From: a virus
Lineage: Duplodnaviria; Caudoviricetes
Reading direction: 5' to 3' (one strand)
DNA: 64,000 bases
IMG/VR virus record: IMGVR_UViG_3300028805_000055
Span: 89,680 to 153,679 of that record
In this document: positions 10,354 through 19,833 of the stretch, piece after piece
Layout of the letters: each line of letters begins with the position of its first letter
Position numbering within the stretch: position 1 is the stretch's first letter
Program-made: the position numbers and the translations under genes
Notes under the pieces: generated by a model
Databases searched by the model: none
What the model was told of the DNA's origin: nothing
The model's input: only the letters and a program-made list of their open reading frames with translations

Positions 10354-10838
10354 ATCGTTCCCTCCTCAATTATAGTTTTCTTTTCCTCTTCTGAATAATC
10401 GTAGTCATCAATGTGAGCCACAAGATAGTTCCACGATTTTCCAGTTATGTCAAGCCTTCCACTAGAGAAATAATCCCTGCTGAATGAAAACCATCCTCCC
10501 TGCTTTGTCCTAACGAAAACCTGTGATGGACGGTCAACAGCATTAGAGTCTTTTATCACAACAAACTTGTCTGTGCTCCTAGCGTAGAGCCAATAGCATC
10601 TTTTAGTCTCTTCAAGCCACTGTTTAAAATCGTTCGGATATCTTTTCTTGAAAGCCATCTGTCCAAGCACCTCATATACACTGACGATATAATGCCTTGA
10701 GAAAGATATCTTACCATCATCAAAGCAATGGTACATTTTACCTTCCTCTGGTATAGGCATTATATGCTTTTTTCTGCTATAGATAACAGTCCTATCTGGC
10801 AGTGGATACCTATTAGGCTTGTTTCTTTTTCTAATCAT
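10350..10838 (-). CDS. hypothetical phage protein
   Basis: 162-aa ORF with FDDGKI motif. Confidence 0.75.
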   Translation of the reverse strand: MIRKRNKPNRYPLPDRTVIYSRKKHIMPIPEEGKMYHCFDDGKISFSRHYIVSVYEVLGQMAFKKRYPNDFKQWLEETKRCYWLYARSTDKFVVIKDSNAVDRPSQVFVRTKQGGWFSFSRDYFSSGRLDITGKSWNYLVAHIDDYDYSEEEKKTIIEEGTI

Positions 10839-11014
10839 TCCTTATTATTTTTTAGTCTGAACTCATAGTCTAGAATCATACTATCGTTTCTTGCTATCTC
10901 ATTGAGTATCTTATCCTTATCAGCCTTTGGAGCATCGGATAGTTTCTCCCTAAGAACCATGTTGGCGTGTTCAAGTTTCTTGACCGCCTCTGTCAATACG
11001 CCCTTTGTTGCCAT
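10835..11014 (-). CDS. small hypothetical protein (59 aa)
   Basis: MATKGVLTEAVKK..., read manually; ATGA overlap. Confidence 0.65.
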   Translation of the reverse strand: MATKGVLTEAVKKLEHANMVLREKLSDAPKADKDKILNEIARNDSMILDYEFRLKNNKE

Positions 11015-11015
11015 A

Positions 11016-11378
11016 CTATACTAATCCATGTGCTACAGCATTTAGAGTGGAAATGTTACGATTGACATTATCCATCTTTGCTGACAGTTGCCCAACTTTT
11101 GTCTCCAGCATTTCCTTGAGTACCATGTTATCCTTTAAGAGTTTCTGGTTCTCTTGGAATAGCTGTATGTTATCCCTCAGCAGGGTGTCTGGTGAGAGGT
11201 TTGCAACGGGGTTTCTCTGGTTCACAGACTGGGCTTGCTCAACGCTTGTAACAACGTCAAGTTCCTGCTTAAGAACGTATCCTATTTCCAGTGCCATCTG
11301 TCTGACATTGGGAGAACCTGTGGCATTGATTTGTGCAAGCAGGTCAATGCACCTGTTTAAACTTCTTGATGAAATCAT
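11016..11378 (-). CDS. coiled-coil hypothetical protein
   Basis: 120-aa ORF with heptads. Confidence 0.75.
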   Translation of the reverse strand: MISSRSLNRCIDLLAQINATGSPNVRQMALEIGYVLKQELDVVTSVEQAQSVNQRNPVANLSPDTLLRDNIQLFQENQKLLKDNMVLKEMLETKVGQLSAKMDNVNRNISTLNAVAHGLV

Positions 11379-11386
11379 AGTTCAAG

Positions 11387-11551
11387 TTATTTATATATTC
11401 CTGCATCAATCAGATGCCTCATTTCACTTTCAAAATACATCATCTGAGTGGTGGTGACAGAGTTTATCCACTCGTCACGATATTGCTGGTATTGTGTCCT
11501 GTTATTGACACGAAACCTCCACTCCAGATAACGCCTTAATGATTCATTCAT
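11387..11551 (-). CDS. small hypothetical protein
   Basis: ORF from MNESLRRYLEW. Confidence 0.65.
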   Translation of the reverse strand: MNESLRRYLEWRFRVNNRTQYQQYRDEWINSVTTTQMMYFESEMRHLIDAGIYK

Positions 11552-11553
11552 AG

Positions 11554-12126
11554 TTAATCGTAGTAACAACCGTATTCATCATCGTACCCATCCCAGCCGT
11601 ATCTACCATAGCCTTCGTAGCCACCACTATTCTGGTATGAATACTTCTTTCTATTTGTCTCTATGCAGAACATCCTAAGAAGCTTCTTAAACTTCTCGGT
11701 GATGGGTCTGATAATCTCACCATGATATTCCACCTTTGGAGTTACAACCTTTCTGACAATCTCGCCAGTGGCAATATTGATGATAGCCATAAGCTCTTCG
11801 TTCCAAGCATAACCATACTCTTCGAGTGTTCTTAAAGCCCTTGCTTTCTCCACGTCTGTACAGAGTCTTACCCAGTATGTCTCCTTATCATCGTCAAGGG
11901 TCTTCTCACACCTAGTGTCCTTGGTAGCCACTTCGAGGAATGGGGAATTACGGTATGTACCATCATCATGCTGACGATATTTACTTGGGTCGTAGTTTGC
12001 AATAACTGACAACTTCTTGTAGGAGGTTGTTGAATTATCAATACCCTCGAAGATGACGAATGAACCTGGCTTATTGTTGTAGGTTACGAAGTCACCTTGT
12101 TTGAAAGTTCTCTTCTCTTCTTCCAT
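11554..12126 (-). CDS. hypothetical protein
   Basis: 190-aa ORF; GY.WN family motif. Confidence 0.8.
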   Translation of the reverse strand: MEEEKRTFKQGDFVTYNNKPGSFVIFEGIDNSTTSYKKLSVIANYDPSKYRQHDDGTYRNSPFLEVATKDTRCEKTLDDDKETYWVRLCTDVEKARALRTLEEYGYAWNEELMAIINIATGEIVRKVVTPKVEYHGEIIRPITEKFKKLLRMFCIETNRKKYSYQNSGGYEGYGRYGWDGYDDEYGCYYD

Positions 12127-12747
12127 TTATCTGTAAAGATTATATTCGTTTATAATTTTTAATGTTTCCATCGTCACGTAAGGATATGGATTCATACCAT
12201 TCTTAATCATGCTTCTAACAAGCGTAGATGATATGTCCACCCTCTGGGTCTTGATAGTCCAGAACTCCTTGTTGGTGAGACTGCTTCTGCTACCCTCCCT
12301 CACAATGAAAGGGATATGTGGGTTCTCGAATTCAGTGCCATCACCCCTCTTAATCTCGATGAACGACACCTTATTCATTATCTCACTCTCGAACTTCTTC
12401 CATTGTGGAATGCGTTCTATAGTATCAGTACCAGCAATGATATATATTTCATCCTCTGGGTACGTCTCCAGTGCTTTACCTATTGGGAGATATGAGTATA
12501 CTGGAGGCTCAAATTCTTCCTCGAACCTGCATACCTCATACTTTCCCTTAATTAGGTCTATGGAGTCATTAATCATTCTGCACCTTAAATCATATGGTGC
12601 TGGTTCTTCTCCCTTCCAAGGGTTATGTCTTGCAACAACGAACAACACCTTGTCACACAGCCCACTGTTCAACACGGCTGATGCCATGTGGAGGTGAGCA
12701 ACCGTAACTGGGTTAAACGAGCCAAGAAGCAATCCTATCTTCTTCAT
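12127..12747 (-). CDS. nadD: nicotinate-nucleotide adenylyltransferase
   Basis: GSFNPVTVAH, NPWK, GTD....PQWK, ISSTLVR. Confidence 0.88.
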   Translation of the reverse strand: MKKIGLLLGSFNPVTVAHLHMASAVLNSGLCDKVLFVVARHNPWKGEEPAPYDLRCRMINDSIDLIKGKYEVCRFEEEFEPPVYSYLPIGKALETYPEDEIYIIAGTDTIERIPQWKKFESEIMNKVSFIEIKRGDGTEFENPHIPFIVREGSRSSLTNKEFWTIKTQRVDISSTLVRSMIKNGMNPYPYVTMETLKIINEYNLYR

Positions 12748-13039
12748 TTCCGTTGTAGATTAAAGCAAAATAGAGATAGTGTCCTAGGTCTAGTGAGAGA
12801 AAAAACACAATGGTAATCGGCCATACCATGCCGAAAAACGTTCCTATCTCCCTACTATACAATTTTATCAGTCTCGTATTCATGTCCAGGGTAATATCGT
12901 CCAACTCGTCAGATGTGGAAGTTGGTGGTGAGTATTGTTCAAGCTCACTGTTAGCTTTCATACCTATTAAGATTCCTACTGCAATATACAGGAGGAAGAA
13001 CACGAAACACATGCCAGTGTTGTAAAATTCTGCATTCAT
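12713..13039 (-). CDS. membrane protein
   Basis: two hydrophobic segments. Confidence 0.7.
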   Translation of the reverse strand: MNAEFYNTGMCFVFFLLYIAVGILIGMKANSELEQYSPPTSTSDELDDITLDMNTRLIKLYSREIGTFFGMVWPITIVFFLSLDLGHYLYFALIYNGNEEDRIASWLV

Positions 13040-13053
13040 TGATATTAATTTTC

Positions 13054-13087
13054 TGCAAAGATATAAAAAATATTCGAGAAAACCAAA
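13054..13087 (-). promoter_or_regulatory. Bacteroidota-type promoter
   Basis: TTTG..TATCTTTGCA. Confidence 0.8.
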
Positions 13088-13101
13088 CTTTTTAATGTTT
13101 T

Positions 13102-13455
13102 TTAAACGAAATCGTTGTCATCATCCATGATAACTGAATGAATCTTGCTGTCCACGACTCTATCCAAGCTACCCTTAAGCGACTCCTCCAGATATGACCC
13201 AATGACAGCTTCCACGTCAACGGTGTTACGGTAAGGACCTATCCAGATTCCCTTACCCCATTCCTTATGTCTGACGTAGTATCTGCCATTCTTAGCAATT
13301 TTGAACATAAACTCCGACCTGCTCAATGGTCTCCTGTACCAGGGTATTTGAGCAGGAGCAGCACCAACCTTGGGAGTCTTTATCTCAAGGCTGGTGGGCT
13401 TCCTTCTGTTCTTTATGAACTGAATAAGCGGAGCTTTATCCTCTATCTCACTCAT
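13102..13455 (-). CDS. hypothetical protein
   Basis: 117-aa ORF. Confidence 0.75.
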   Translation of the reverse strand: MSEIEDKAPLIQFIKNRRKPTSLEIKTPKVGAAPAQIPWYRRPLSRSEFMFKIAKNGRYYVRHKEWGKGIWIGPYRNTVDVEAVIGSYLEESLKGSLDRVVDSKIHSVIMDDDNDFV

Positions 13456-13457
13456 GA

Positions 13458-13811
13458 TTAGTTCTCGTTAGATTCCAGAGTCTTGGCGAGTTTGTCGGCA
13501 AACTCTTCAAGGATAACTGGGTAGTAAGTGTTGTACCAATACTTGATGGTAGGAAGGGTGTAGTCCTTCTGCATCTGACGGAAGATGGACTTAGCCTCCA
13601 TAATCATAATCTTCTGGATGTAGGTCTCTGGAATCTTACCATCACACCACTCCACTGCAAGCTTGTTAAACCTGCTAACATAGCCAAGATACTCGGCAAA
13701 GATAATGAAAATAGGAGCTTCAATGACATTTTCCTTGTCACTTTCCTCAGCAAGTTCAGCGAAGTTGCCTTTCCACTGCTGGGTCTCTTTTACAGTCTCA
13801 GTATTCTCCAT
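13458..13811 (-). CDS. hypothetical protein
   Basis: 117-aa ORF. Confidence 0.8.
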   Translation of the reverse strand: MENTETVKETQQWKGNFAELAEESDKENVIEAPIFIIFAEYLGYVSRFNKLAVEWCDGKIPETYIQKIMIMEAKSIFRQMQKDYTLPTIKYWYNTYYPVILEEFADKLAKTLESNEN

Positions 13812-13971
13812 TTGAATTCAATATTTAAAAAGTTAATAATCTTAGAAATACAACTCTGGAATAACCTCACAGTCGTAAGCAGCCATTTTCTCAACCTCTT
13901 CATCAGAGAGTTCTGCTGCCTTTAACAGTTCCTCTTCTTCCAAATCTACTATTGTAGATGCAGTAAAAAAA

Positions 13972-14358
13972 TCATTTTTCATTCTTGTTTATTTTATCAA
14001 TTGTTACTTTAAAATTCTTTCTGCACCTCTTCACTATTTTCTTGTACTCTGGGTCTGGTGTAGTAATCCTGATGACGTGGGTAGTACGAGTATTGGAATG
14101 GTATTGCCTCTGACCACTATCGTAATACTCATAGTTGTAATATCCCTCATCCTCTGGGAAGAACCATGAATGGCTGTTAGGATTGATGTTATTCCTTCTC
14201 ATATATTCCTTGTCGTCTTCGTCAAAGAACGAGAAGATAGCCCATACAAACATGGCTATTGGGAATAGCACATATTTGTAGTCATCCAATGTCATCATGG
14301 TAATGAATCCCATGATTGACATGAATATCATCATAGCCCTAAAAAACAGATACGTCAT
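13972..14358 (-). CDS. membrane protein
   Basis: two N-terminal hydrophobic segments. Confidence 0.7.
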   Translation of the reverse strand: MTYLFFRAMMIFMSIMGFITMMTLDDYKYVLFPIAMFVWAIFSFFDEDDKEYMRRNNINPNSHSWFFPEDEGYYNYEYYDSGQRQYHSNTRTTHVIRITTPDPEYKKIVKRCRKNFKVTIDKINKNEK

Positions 14359-14376
14359 CTTTTATATCCAAAGTAA

Positions 14377-14634
14377 TTAGAATTTCTTCTTCTTAATCAA
14401 AAACCTTGCGAATACACTTGTCCTGTGCATCTTACCCTCGGTTTCGTCGCCACCGTCAACACGCTTATAGATACCCTCGTTCTCTCCCTTTGACAGGAAG
14501 ACAATCTCTCTTCTCTCCAATGAGATAATTGGTGGGATGTGATAAACTGTGTTCACCTCAACCTGGTCCCAAGGCGTAATGCTCTTAATCTTCTGGAGCT
14601 GTTCCTTAAGCTCCTGTACTGAACGTTTTGCCAT
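14377..14634 (-). CDS. hypothetical protein, paralogous to C-terminus of next ORF
   Basis: WDQVEVNTVYHIPPII..ARFLIKKKKF vs WEDIQEGKIYVIPTII..ARFIVEYHKF. Confidence 0.75.
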   Translation of the reverse strand: MAKRSVQELKEQLQKIKSITPWDQVEVNTVYHIPPIISLERREIVFLSKGENEGIYKRVDGGDETEGKMHRTSVFARFLIKKKKF

Positions 14635-14643
14635 ATTGTCTAA

Positions 14644-15297
14644 TTAAAATTTATGATATTCTACAATGAATCTAGCGTCTAAATCTTGACGGTATACGTT
14701 ATGATAGTAAGATGTCTCCTTAAGGTCTTTGTCCAAGGTAACACATCTGAGAGTGTATTCGGTCTTTGCTACAGCCAGTACCACCTTTCCATTCTGTCGG
14801 ATAATGGTTGGAATGACATAAATCTTTCCTTCCTGTATATCTTCCCACTGTACATGGATTGGGAGAGCTTCGTATTTCTTACGCTTCTCCTGGTAAATCT
14901 CGTAAGCAGTCTTCTCTTCTGACTGGTGGGTTATATTACTCACGTGAGTAACGACATTTGGTACACGAGACGTAGGACTATCCAAGAGCTTAGGACACCA
15001 ATCTGGGACAGGAATATCCACAGGGTCTTCCAGTCTAAATGATATAGTCCTGGGTCTTGTAGTACCTTCACTCTGTATAAGATGCTTACCACAGCAGGCG
15101 TTATACTTTTTATCACCATGGTCCTTGTAATTCTTTATAAGATAACCACAGTAATTACAATTGCCATCCACCGTCACTGGTGTTTCATCTTTCTTAGGGG
15201 GTTCATACACAGGAATTGGTTCATCGAACTTGCACACTGTGCATTCTCGACAATCCCTTCCATCGCATGGATGATTCAATACATGTGCCATTGCCAT
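14644..15297 (-). CDS. Cys-rich hypothetical protein
   Basis: CxxxxCxxCxxC, CxxC, PDWCP. Confidence 0.75.
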   Translation of the reverse strand: MAMAHVLNHPCDGRDCRECTVCKFDEPIPVYEPPKKDETPVTVDGNCNYCGYLIKNYKDHGDKKYNACCGKHLIQSEGTTRPRTISFRLEDPVDIPVPDWCPKLLDSPTSRVPNVVTHVSNITHQSEEKTAYEIYQEKRKKYEALPIHVQWEDIQEGKIYVIPTIIRQNGKVVLAVAKTEYTLRCVTLDKDLKETSYYHNVYRQDLDARFIVEYHKF

Positions 15298-15309
15298 ATA
15301 CTATTACAA

Positions 15310-16041
15310 TTAGAATCCAGGGGCTTCATCAACAGCCTCTTCATCAGCCCACTCTTCGTCTCTGTCCTCGTCGTAGTCTTCGTCGTAGTAAGCGTCCTCA
15401 TCATCGTAGTACTCGTCCTCCATGTCTTCCATGAATCCGTCACCGTACATACCATGATTCTCTTCCATCATACGATTAATCTGCTCTGCCATGTTTGGAG
15501 GAAGCTCTGGCAGCTTACCAGCCTTGATAAGCTCGTGAATCTGCTTCATCTTCTCCATTTCCTCTGGTCTTGGCTGAGTCATGTCAACGAAGCCTACACC
15601 GAAGATTTCCTCACAAGTGCTGTTGAATATCTCACCACCAATCTCAGACAGGAAAGCGAAATCGTTGTTGTATCGCTCCACAAACACATGAATGAGCATA
15701 TTGGTGCAATTGGCAATGTGACGCTGAAGCATACCGTCCTGGTTGTTTTGGAAGTCAGAGCCGCACTTACCACCAAAGGTCTTCACCATAATACGCAGGA
15801 AGCTACCGATGTTCTCAGCCTTAACAAAAGCATTCTCCTTGGAACGATTCTGGATGACAGGTTGAAAACAATGCATCTTCTTGTACATGGTAGATACACA
15901 GTTGTTGGTCTCGATACCAACGGTACTCCTAAACTTCGAATACATACCATGTCTCTTAATGGCAGCAATGAAGTTCTTCAAGACTAGGAACTCAACGTAG
16001 TAGTTCTTGTCTGGACAATTTTCAATATTCAAATCTTTCAT
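15310..16041 (-). CDS. hypothetical protein, acidic tail
   Basis: 243-aa ORF behind promoter. Confidence 0.8.
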   Translation of the reverse strand: MKDLNIENCPDKNYYVEFLVLKNFIAAIKRHGMYSKFRSTVGIETNNCVSTMYKKMHCFQPVIQNRSKENAFVKAENIGSFLRIMVKTFGGKCGSDFQNNQDGMLQRHIANCTNMLIHVFVERYNNDFAFLSEIGGEIFNSTCEEIFGVGFVDMTQPRPEEMEKMKQIHELIKAGKLPELPPNMAEQINRMMEENHGMYGDGFMEDMEDEYYDDEDAYYDEDYDEDRDEEWADEEAVDEAPGF

Positions 16042-16061
16042 TTGCTATTTTATAAAGTTGG

Positions 16062-16094
16062 TGCAAAGATATTGATTTTTTTGGGGAAAACAAA
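16062..16094 (-). promoter_or_regulatory. Bacteroidota-type promoter
   Basis: TTTG..TATCTTTGCA. Confidence 0.75.
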
Positions 16095-16114
16095 ATTTCT
16101 GCACTTAAAAAAAG

Positions 16115-16297
16115 TTAATTGTCTCCTTGAATGTGTAAATTATGACAGTTAGGACAATAGAATCCCTGTTTCCAACCTGTTTCCTGGCTGGTAATACCGA
16201 ATGCCCTCCAAGGAAGGAACTCGTGTCCGCAGTGGCTGCATACTACCAAGAACTTCCTGTGAGCAGCCTTCTCCATGTCCATTTCAGCTTCTGTCAT
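16115..16297 (-). CDS. zinc-ribbon protein
   Basis: CSHC..CPNC. Confidence 0.7.
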   Translation of the reverse strand: MTEAEMDMEKAAHRKFLVVCSHCGHEFLPWRAFGITSQETGWKQGFYCPNCHNLHIQGDN

Positions 16298-16299
16298 TC

Positions 16300-16974
16300 T
16301 TATAACTCTATGTCAATATAGCATGGTGGGTACACCAGCTTATAGTTCTCATTCACTACCGATACATTCCTAATCTCGGTCTCTCCACGCTTTTCCATTT
16401 CGTGGTTGCACGAATGAAGGTGTCCACAGAAGTGATACCTCGGCATCTTATTATCCACAGCGTCACCAAGGGGGTGACAACCTATGTGGTCTCCTGTCTT
16501 CCAAGGACAATCCTCTTGCAGCAGCACATCATTGTTACCATAAGGACAATCATGTGTAAGCAGGATGTCAACCTTATATGGAATCTTATTGTATATCTTG
16601 GCAAGCTGAACGTCGGATGTCATAAATGCCCAGTTGTAGAACTGGTGACACCAGGGAGTGCCATAGATTCTGAAGCCCTCATACTCAGCCTCTTTATCAC
16701 AGAGATATGTAATTTTGGTGTTCTCAAACATTGCTTCCCAGTCGTCTGGATGCTCCATAGCAATCCAATCATGGTTTCCAGCAATGAGGAAAACCTGCTT
16801 ACAAGGCTGTTTCTCACACCAGGGTACAAACTCCTTGGCAAGCCACTTCAAAGTCCCCTGGTGATATGTCTGTACCCTCAGCGGGACAATATCGCCACAT
16901 ATGCACAGAATGTCGCACGGCTCTATGTCAAAATTAAGGATACCGTGCATATCCGATATAGCACAAACTTTCAT
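16300..16974 (-). CDS. calcineurin-like metallophosphoesterase
   Basis: SDMHG, GD, GNHD, TH, GHLH. Confidence 0.92.
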   Translation of the reverse strand: MKVCAISDMHGILNFDIEPCDILCICGDIVPLRVQTYHQGTLKWLAKEFVPWCEKQPCKQVFLIAGNHDWIAMEHPDDWEAMFENTKITYLCDKEAEYEGFRIYGTPWCHQFYNWAFMTSDVQLAKIYNKIPYKVDILLTHDCPYGNNDVLLQEDCPWKTGDHIGCHPLGDAVDNKMPRYHFCGHLHSCNHEMEKRGETEIRNVSVVNENYKLVYPPCYIDIEL

Positions 16975-16975
16975 A

Positions 16976-17350
16976 TTATTTTAATCTTATTGAATCACAA
17001 TGATATTTGTCAGATAGATACTTGTTCCACCCAGTTTCAAGATATTTTCTCCAGTAGTCAGAACCCTTCTTACTTTCAGACCAGTCGAATGAGCCACTGA
17101 ATGAAATAAAGAGCTGTCTTAAAGACCTGTTATACGCATATGCTACGTAAGAATATCCCTTTATATTGGCTACAATTATGGCTTTGGCATTATCTCTTCC
17201 GAAAGGCTCTGAAACACCAGGAAGATTACCCCTCACCTTGTGATAATCATAGCTGGCTATGACAAACTCACCTAGAATGCGATTTCTCTTGAGGAAATCA
17301 CATACCAGATGCGTGGCATCTTCATTACTTACTGTTACCTTATCTACCAT
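16976..17350 (-). CDS. hypothetical protein (F..FLK family)
   Basis: 124-aa ORF. Confidence 0.75.
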   Translation of the reverse strand: MVDKVTVSNEDATHLVCDFLKRNRILGEFVIASYDYHKVRGNLPGVSEPFGRDNAKAIIVANIKGYSYVAYAYNRSLRQLFISFSGSFDWSESKKGSDYWRKYLETGWNKYLSDKYHCDSIRLK

Positions 17351-17364
17351 TTCTGCAATTTTTT

Positions 17365-17414
17365 GGCAAAGATATAAAAAAAATTCGAGAATTCCAAATA
17401 TATTCTCGAATTTT
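17365..17414 (-). promoter_or_regulatory. promoter fused to terminator-like hairpin
   Basis: 13-bp stem aaaattcgagaat/attctcgaatttt with TTTG in loop; TATCTTTG. Confidence 0.8.
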
Positions 17415-17539
17415 AATATTTTTTAAATTAAAACGTCATCGTCTCCTTTACATTTTGTCCATGCCCAGGCAAACAGGCAGGAAAAGGCAAATACTATTAC
17501 CAACTGAATTAATTTCTCCTCCATAACACTATCTATTTG

Positions 17540-17622
17540 AGACACGGGTGAGATTCGAACTCACGTACCTTTCGGTCAAAGCTTTTGCAGAGCCAGGCGA
17601 TTGACCACTCCGCCACCGTGTC
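17540..17622 (-). tRNA. tRNA-Cys(GCA), long variable arm
   Basis: GACACGG/CCGTGTC acceptor, U73, loop CTGCAAA, V-arm ACC-GAAA-GGT, GTGAG-TTCGAAT-CTCAC. Confidence 0.85.
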
Positions 17623-17696
17623 TTGTAAGTCCCGACACGTATTTCACAATAGACATCGGGACAATTAAAAGTAATAAAGATGAAAATTAAAAATGT

Positions 17697-18278
17697 TTAC
17701 TCGCCAGCTTTTGCGAAGCGTCCGTTGGCTGCTCTTTTAGGCTTTGGTTTCGCAGCCGTAGCTGGTCTCCTCGGACTAAGACGCTTTTTCGCAGGCTTGG
17801 GGGCAGCGTCAGCCTCCTTCTCCTTTACTTCGCCTGGAGCGATGACCTTGGGGATACCAATCGTAGCTGTCTTAGCAACAGTGTTGATGGTTTTCGTCAC
17901 CTTGGTCACATCACAGTTTGCTGGAATAATAACAGTTGTCTCGTTGCTACGAGAACTCGTCTCGTCATTATAAGTTACGACAACCTTCAGTTTGTTACCA
18001 TCGATGGTGTAATCAAGCTTTTCACCTATTGACTCGTCGAATGGTACTGTAACGGAGAAATCATTGAAGCTATCCTTAACTTGCTTCAGAAGCTCTCCGA
18101 AGTCCTTCAGAAGTGAGTTACCTCTCTCAATGATGGAGTCTCTTTTCTCTGCAAAGAAATCGAGCTGGGCATCCCAGTCGAAATTGTCGATAGACTCACC
18201 TATGCCGTTCACCAGGTCTCTGGCTTTCTTGGCACTAGAGTCAATCACACTAAGTAATGTGTCTCTAAAACCTCTCAT
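17697..18278 (-). CDS. Hsp20/alpha-crystallin-like protein with K/P/A-rich tail
   Basis: GNKLKV...IP.NCD..KV......ATIGIPK pattern. Confidence 0.55.
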   Translation of the reverse strand: MRGFRDTLLSVIDSSAKKARDLVNGIGESIDNFDWDAQLDFFAEKRDSIIERGNSLLKDFGELLKQVKDSFNDFSVTVPFDESIGEKLDYTIDGNKLKVVVTYNDETSSRSNETTVIIPANCDVTKVTKTINTVAKTATIGIPKVIAPGEVKEKEADAAPKPAKKRLSPRRPATAAKPKPKRAANGRFAKAGE

Positions 18279-18290
18279 ATCTTTTATATT

Positions 18291-18395
18291 TTAACCAATT
18301 AAAAACTTCACAACAACAAGCAGGACGATGGCAACTCCTAAGAAGCATGCCATAGCAATCTTGCCCAATGTTATCATATCAATTACATTTTTCAT
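18291..18395 (-). CDS. small membrane peptide (34 aa), leaderless
   Basis: MKNVIDMITLG...; ATG 4 nt after -7 box. Confidence 0.6.
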   Translation of the reverse strand: MKNVIDMITLGKIAMACFLGVAIVLLVVVKFLIG

Positions 18396-18397
18396 GC

Positions 18398-18431
18398 TGC
18401 AAAGATATATATTTTTTTTCGTAATTCCAAA
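18398..18431 (-). promoter_or_regulatory. Bacteroidota-type promoter
   Basis: TTTG..TATCTTTGCA. Confidence 0.8.
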
Positions 18432-18435
18432 TATT

Positions 18436-18978
18436 TTAGGAATTTTTTTTCTTATCGTATACAAAATGCTTGCTTCTCTCCACAGTAGTATGAGTTGTAA
18501 CCTCAATTTGTCCACCAGAAAGCTTAGTCACCTTGTCTGCTATGTTATGGAACTCCTTACCATGACCCCTTGCTGGCTTAGTGCCATTCATGTATGTGTA
18601 ATAGTGACACATTTCATGAACAAGAGTCACCATGAAAGCCCACTCACTACCACGCTTATTACCATTCAACTCAATTCTTGGCTGGGCTAGAAGATAAAAA
18701 TTATCGTGGTTGATGTGGGTAATAATTGTTGCAAGACCAAGCGGCGTATGCTTGATGAGACCGCCACCGTTTGTAACATTAACCCCACCAGTTAGTCTGA
18801 ACCACCCATTAGTTGCTCCTCTGCTTCCTCTTCCAGTTGTGAATACTTTAAAGTCACACTTTCCAAGAGCACCGCCAAACAGCTTCTCGTTGGCTTCATC
18901 ATATCTCCTGGACATCCACTCTACCGTAGGTCTGAAATCCCTGGTATTGTAATCCAATTCAAAACTAACTGTCTTCAT
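18436..18978 (-). CDS. SprT-like zinc metalloprotease
   Basis: TLVHEMCH..HGKEF; N..LFGG.L. Confidence 0.88.
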   Translation of the reverse strand: MKTVSFELDYNTRDFRPTVEWMSRRYDEANEKLFGGALGKCDFKVFTTGRGSRGATNGWFRLTGGVNVTNGGGLIKHTPLGLATIITHINHDNFYLLAQPRIELNGNKRGSEWAFMVTLVHEMCHYYTYMNGTKPARGHGKEFHNIADKVTKLSGGQIEVTTHTTVERSKHFVYDKKKNS

Positions 18979-19001
18979 TTCTTTATCTTTTAAAATTATG
19001 C

Positions 19002-19034
19002 TGCAAAGGTAGATAAAAAATCCGAAATAGCAAA
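19002..19034 (-). promoter_or_regulatory. Bacteroidota-type promoter
   Basis: TTTG..TACCTTTGCA. Confidence 0.75.
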
Positions 19035-19072
19035 ATTTTCGAAAAGAAATTTATATATTTTAACTCATCCAA

Positions 19073-19486
19073 CTATGGTATTTCTCTATTTGTGGTGTCA
19101 ATTACCATCACATTTTGGAGTCTGTCAACCATACCAACCAATCTCAAAAATCTATCCCTATATTTCTTGAGGTCATCCATATTGTGATATTCCTCCTCAA
19201 TAGAGTCACCACGCTCAAGTATCCTTTTCTGGCATACTTCTGGCTCAGCATCGACAATCACAAACAAAGTATTTCCATCAGTACCTTCCTCATAGAAGTA
19301 GTAAGGACCACAGTAGTACGAATCACGTCCGATTTTCCTCAGTTTTTCTTCGTTATCTGGGGTATGTATCAGCTTGTTCACATCGCCACCAAGGATTCCA
19401 ACCCTGTAATCGTTTGCGATTTTGTCTACAGAGTAATCCTTATACTGGAACTCAAAGTTTCCTCCACAATAGATTATCTTCTTCAT
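19073..19486 (-). CDS. apparent chimeric ORF; C-terminus like NMP-kinase lid, no P-loop
   Basis: VDAEPEVCQKRILERG..VIDT. Confidence 0.5.
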   Translation of the reverse strand: MKKIIYCGGNFEFQYKDYSVDKIANDYRVGILGGDVNKLIHTPDNEEKLRKIGRDSYYCGPYYFYEEGTDGNTLFVIVDAEPEVCQKRILERGDSIEEEYHNMDDLKKYRDRFLRLVGMVDRLQNVMVIDTTNREIP

Positions 19487-19833
19487 TACTCACAGCCTTC
19501 TACAAAATTGAACTGTTCCTTCTCACCGTCCCATTCGATAATGTCCTTCGTATATTGCTTCCAGTGTTCAACGTTGTTGATACTAGTGAACATACCACGA
19601 AGGTTAATCTCATAGCAAGCGTCATCACCCCACTCAGACTCAGCGTTTTCCCTAAGTTTCTCATTTGTCAGCCCTGGAGGTATTGGGAAAATACTCTTCT
19701 CGTTGAGTATATCTATCAATTTGTCAGTCTCAGTGCTGTTAAGTGGATGAACAACGAATCTCACACCATTGTCTATTGATGCGTCGATTATCCTTAATAA
19801 TTCACTTCTAAATGTTTTCATACTTATATTCAA
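19486..19833 (-). CDS. hypothetical protein
   Basis: 115-aa ORF. Confidence 0.7.
   Translation of the reverse strand: MNISMKTFRSELLRIIDASIDNGVRFVVHPLNSTETDKLIDILNEKSIFPIPPGLTNEKLRENAESEWGDDACYEINLRGMFTSINNVEHWKQYTKDIIEWDGEKEQFNFVEGCE

Noticed and set aside
15082-15987. Long + strand ORFs (also 16402, 36297, 39408 and others)
   Set aside because: Antisense shadows of - strand genes with biased codon use
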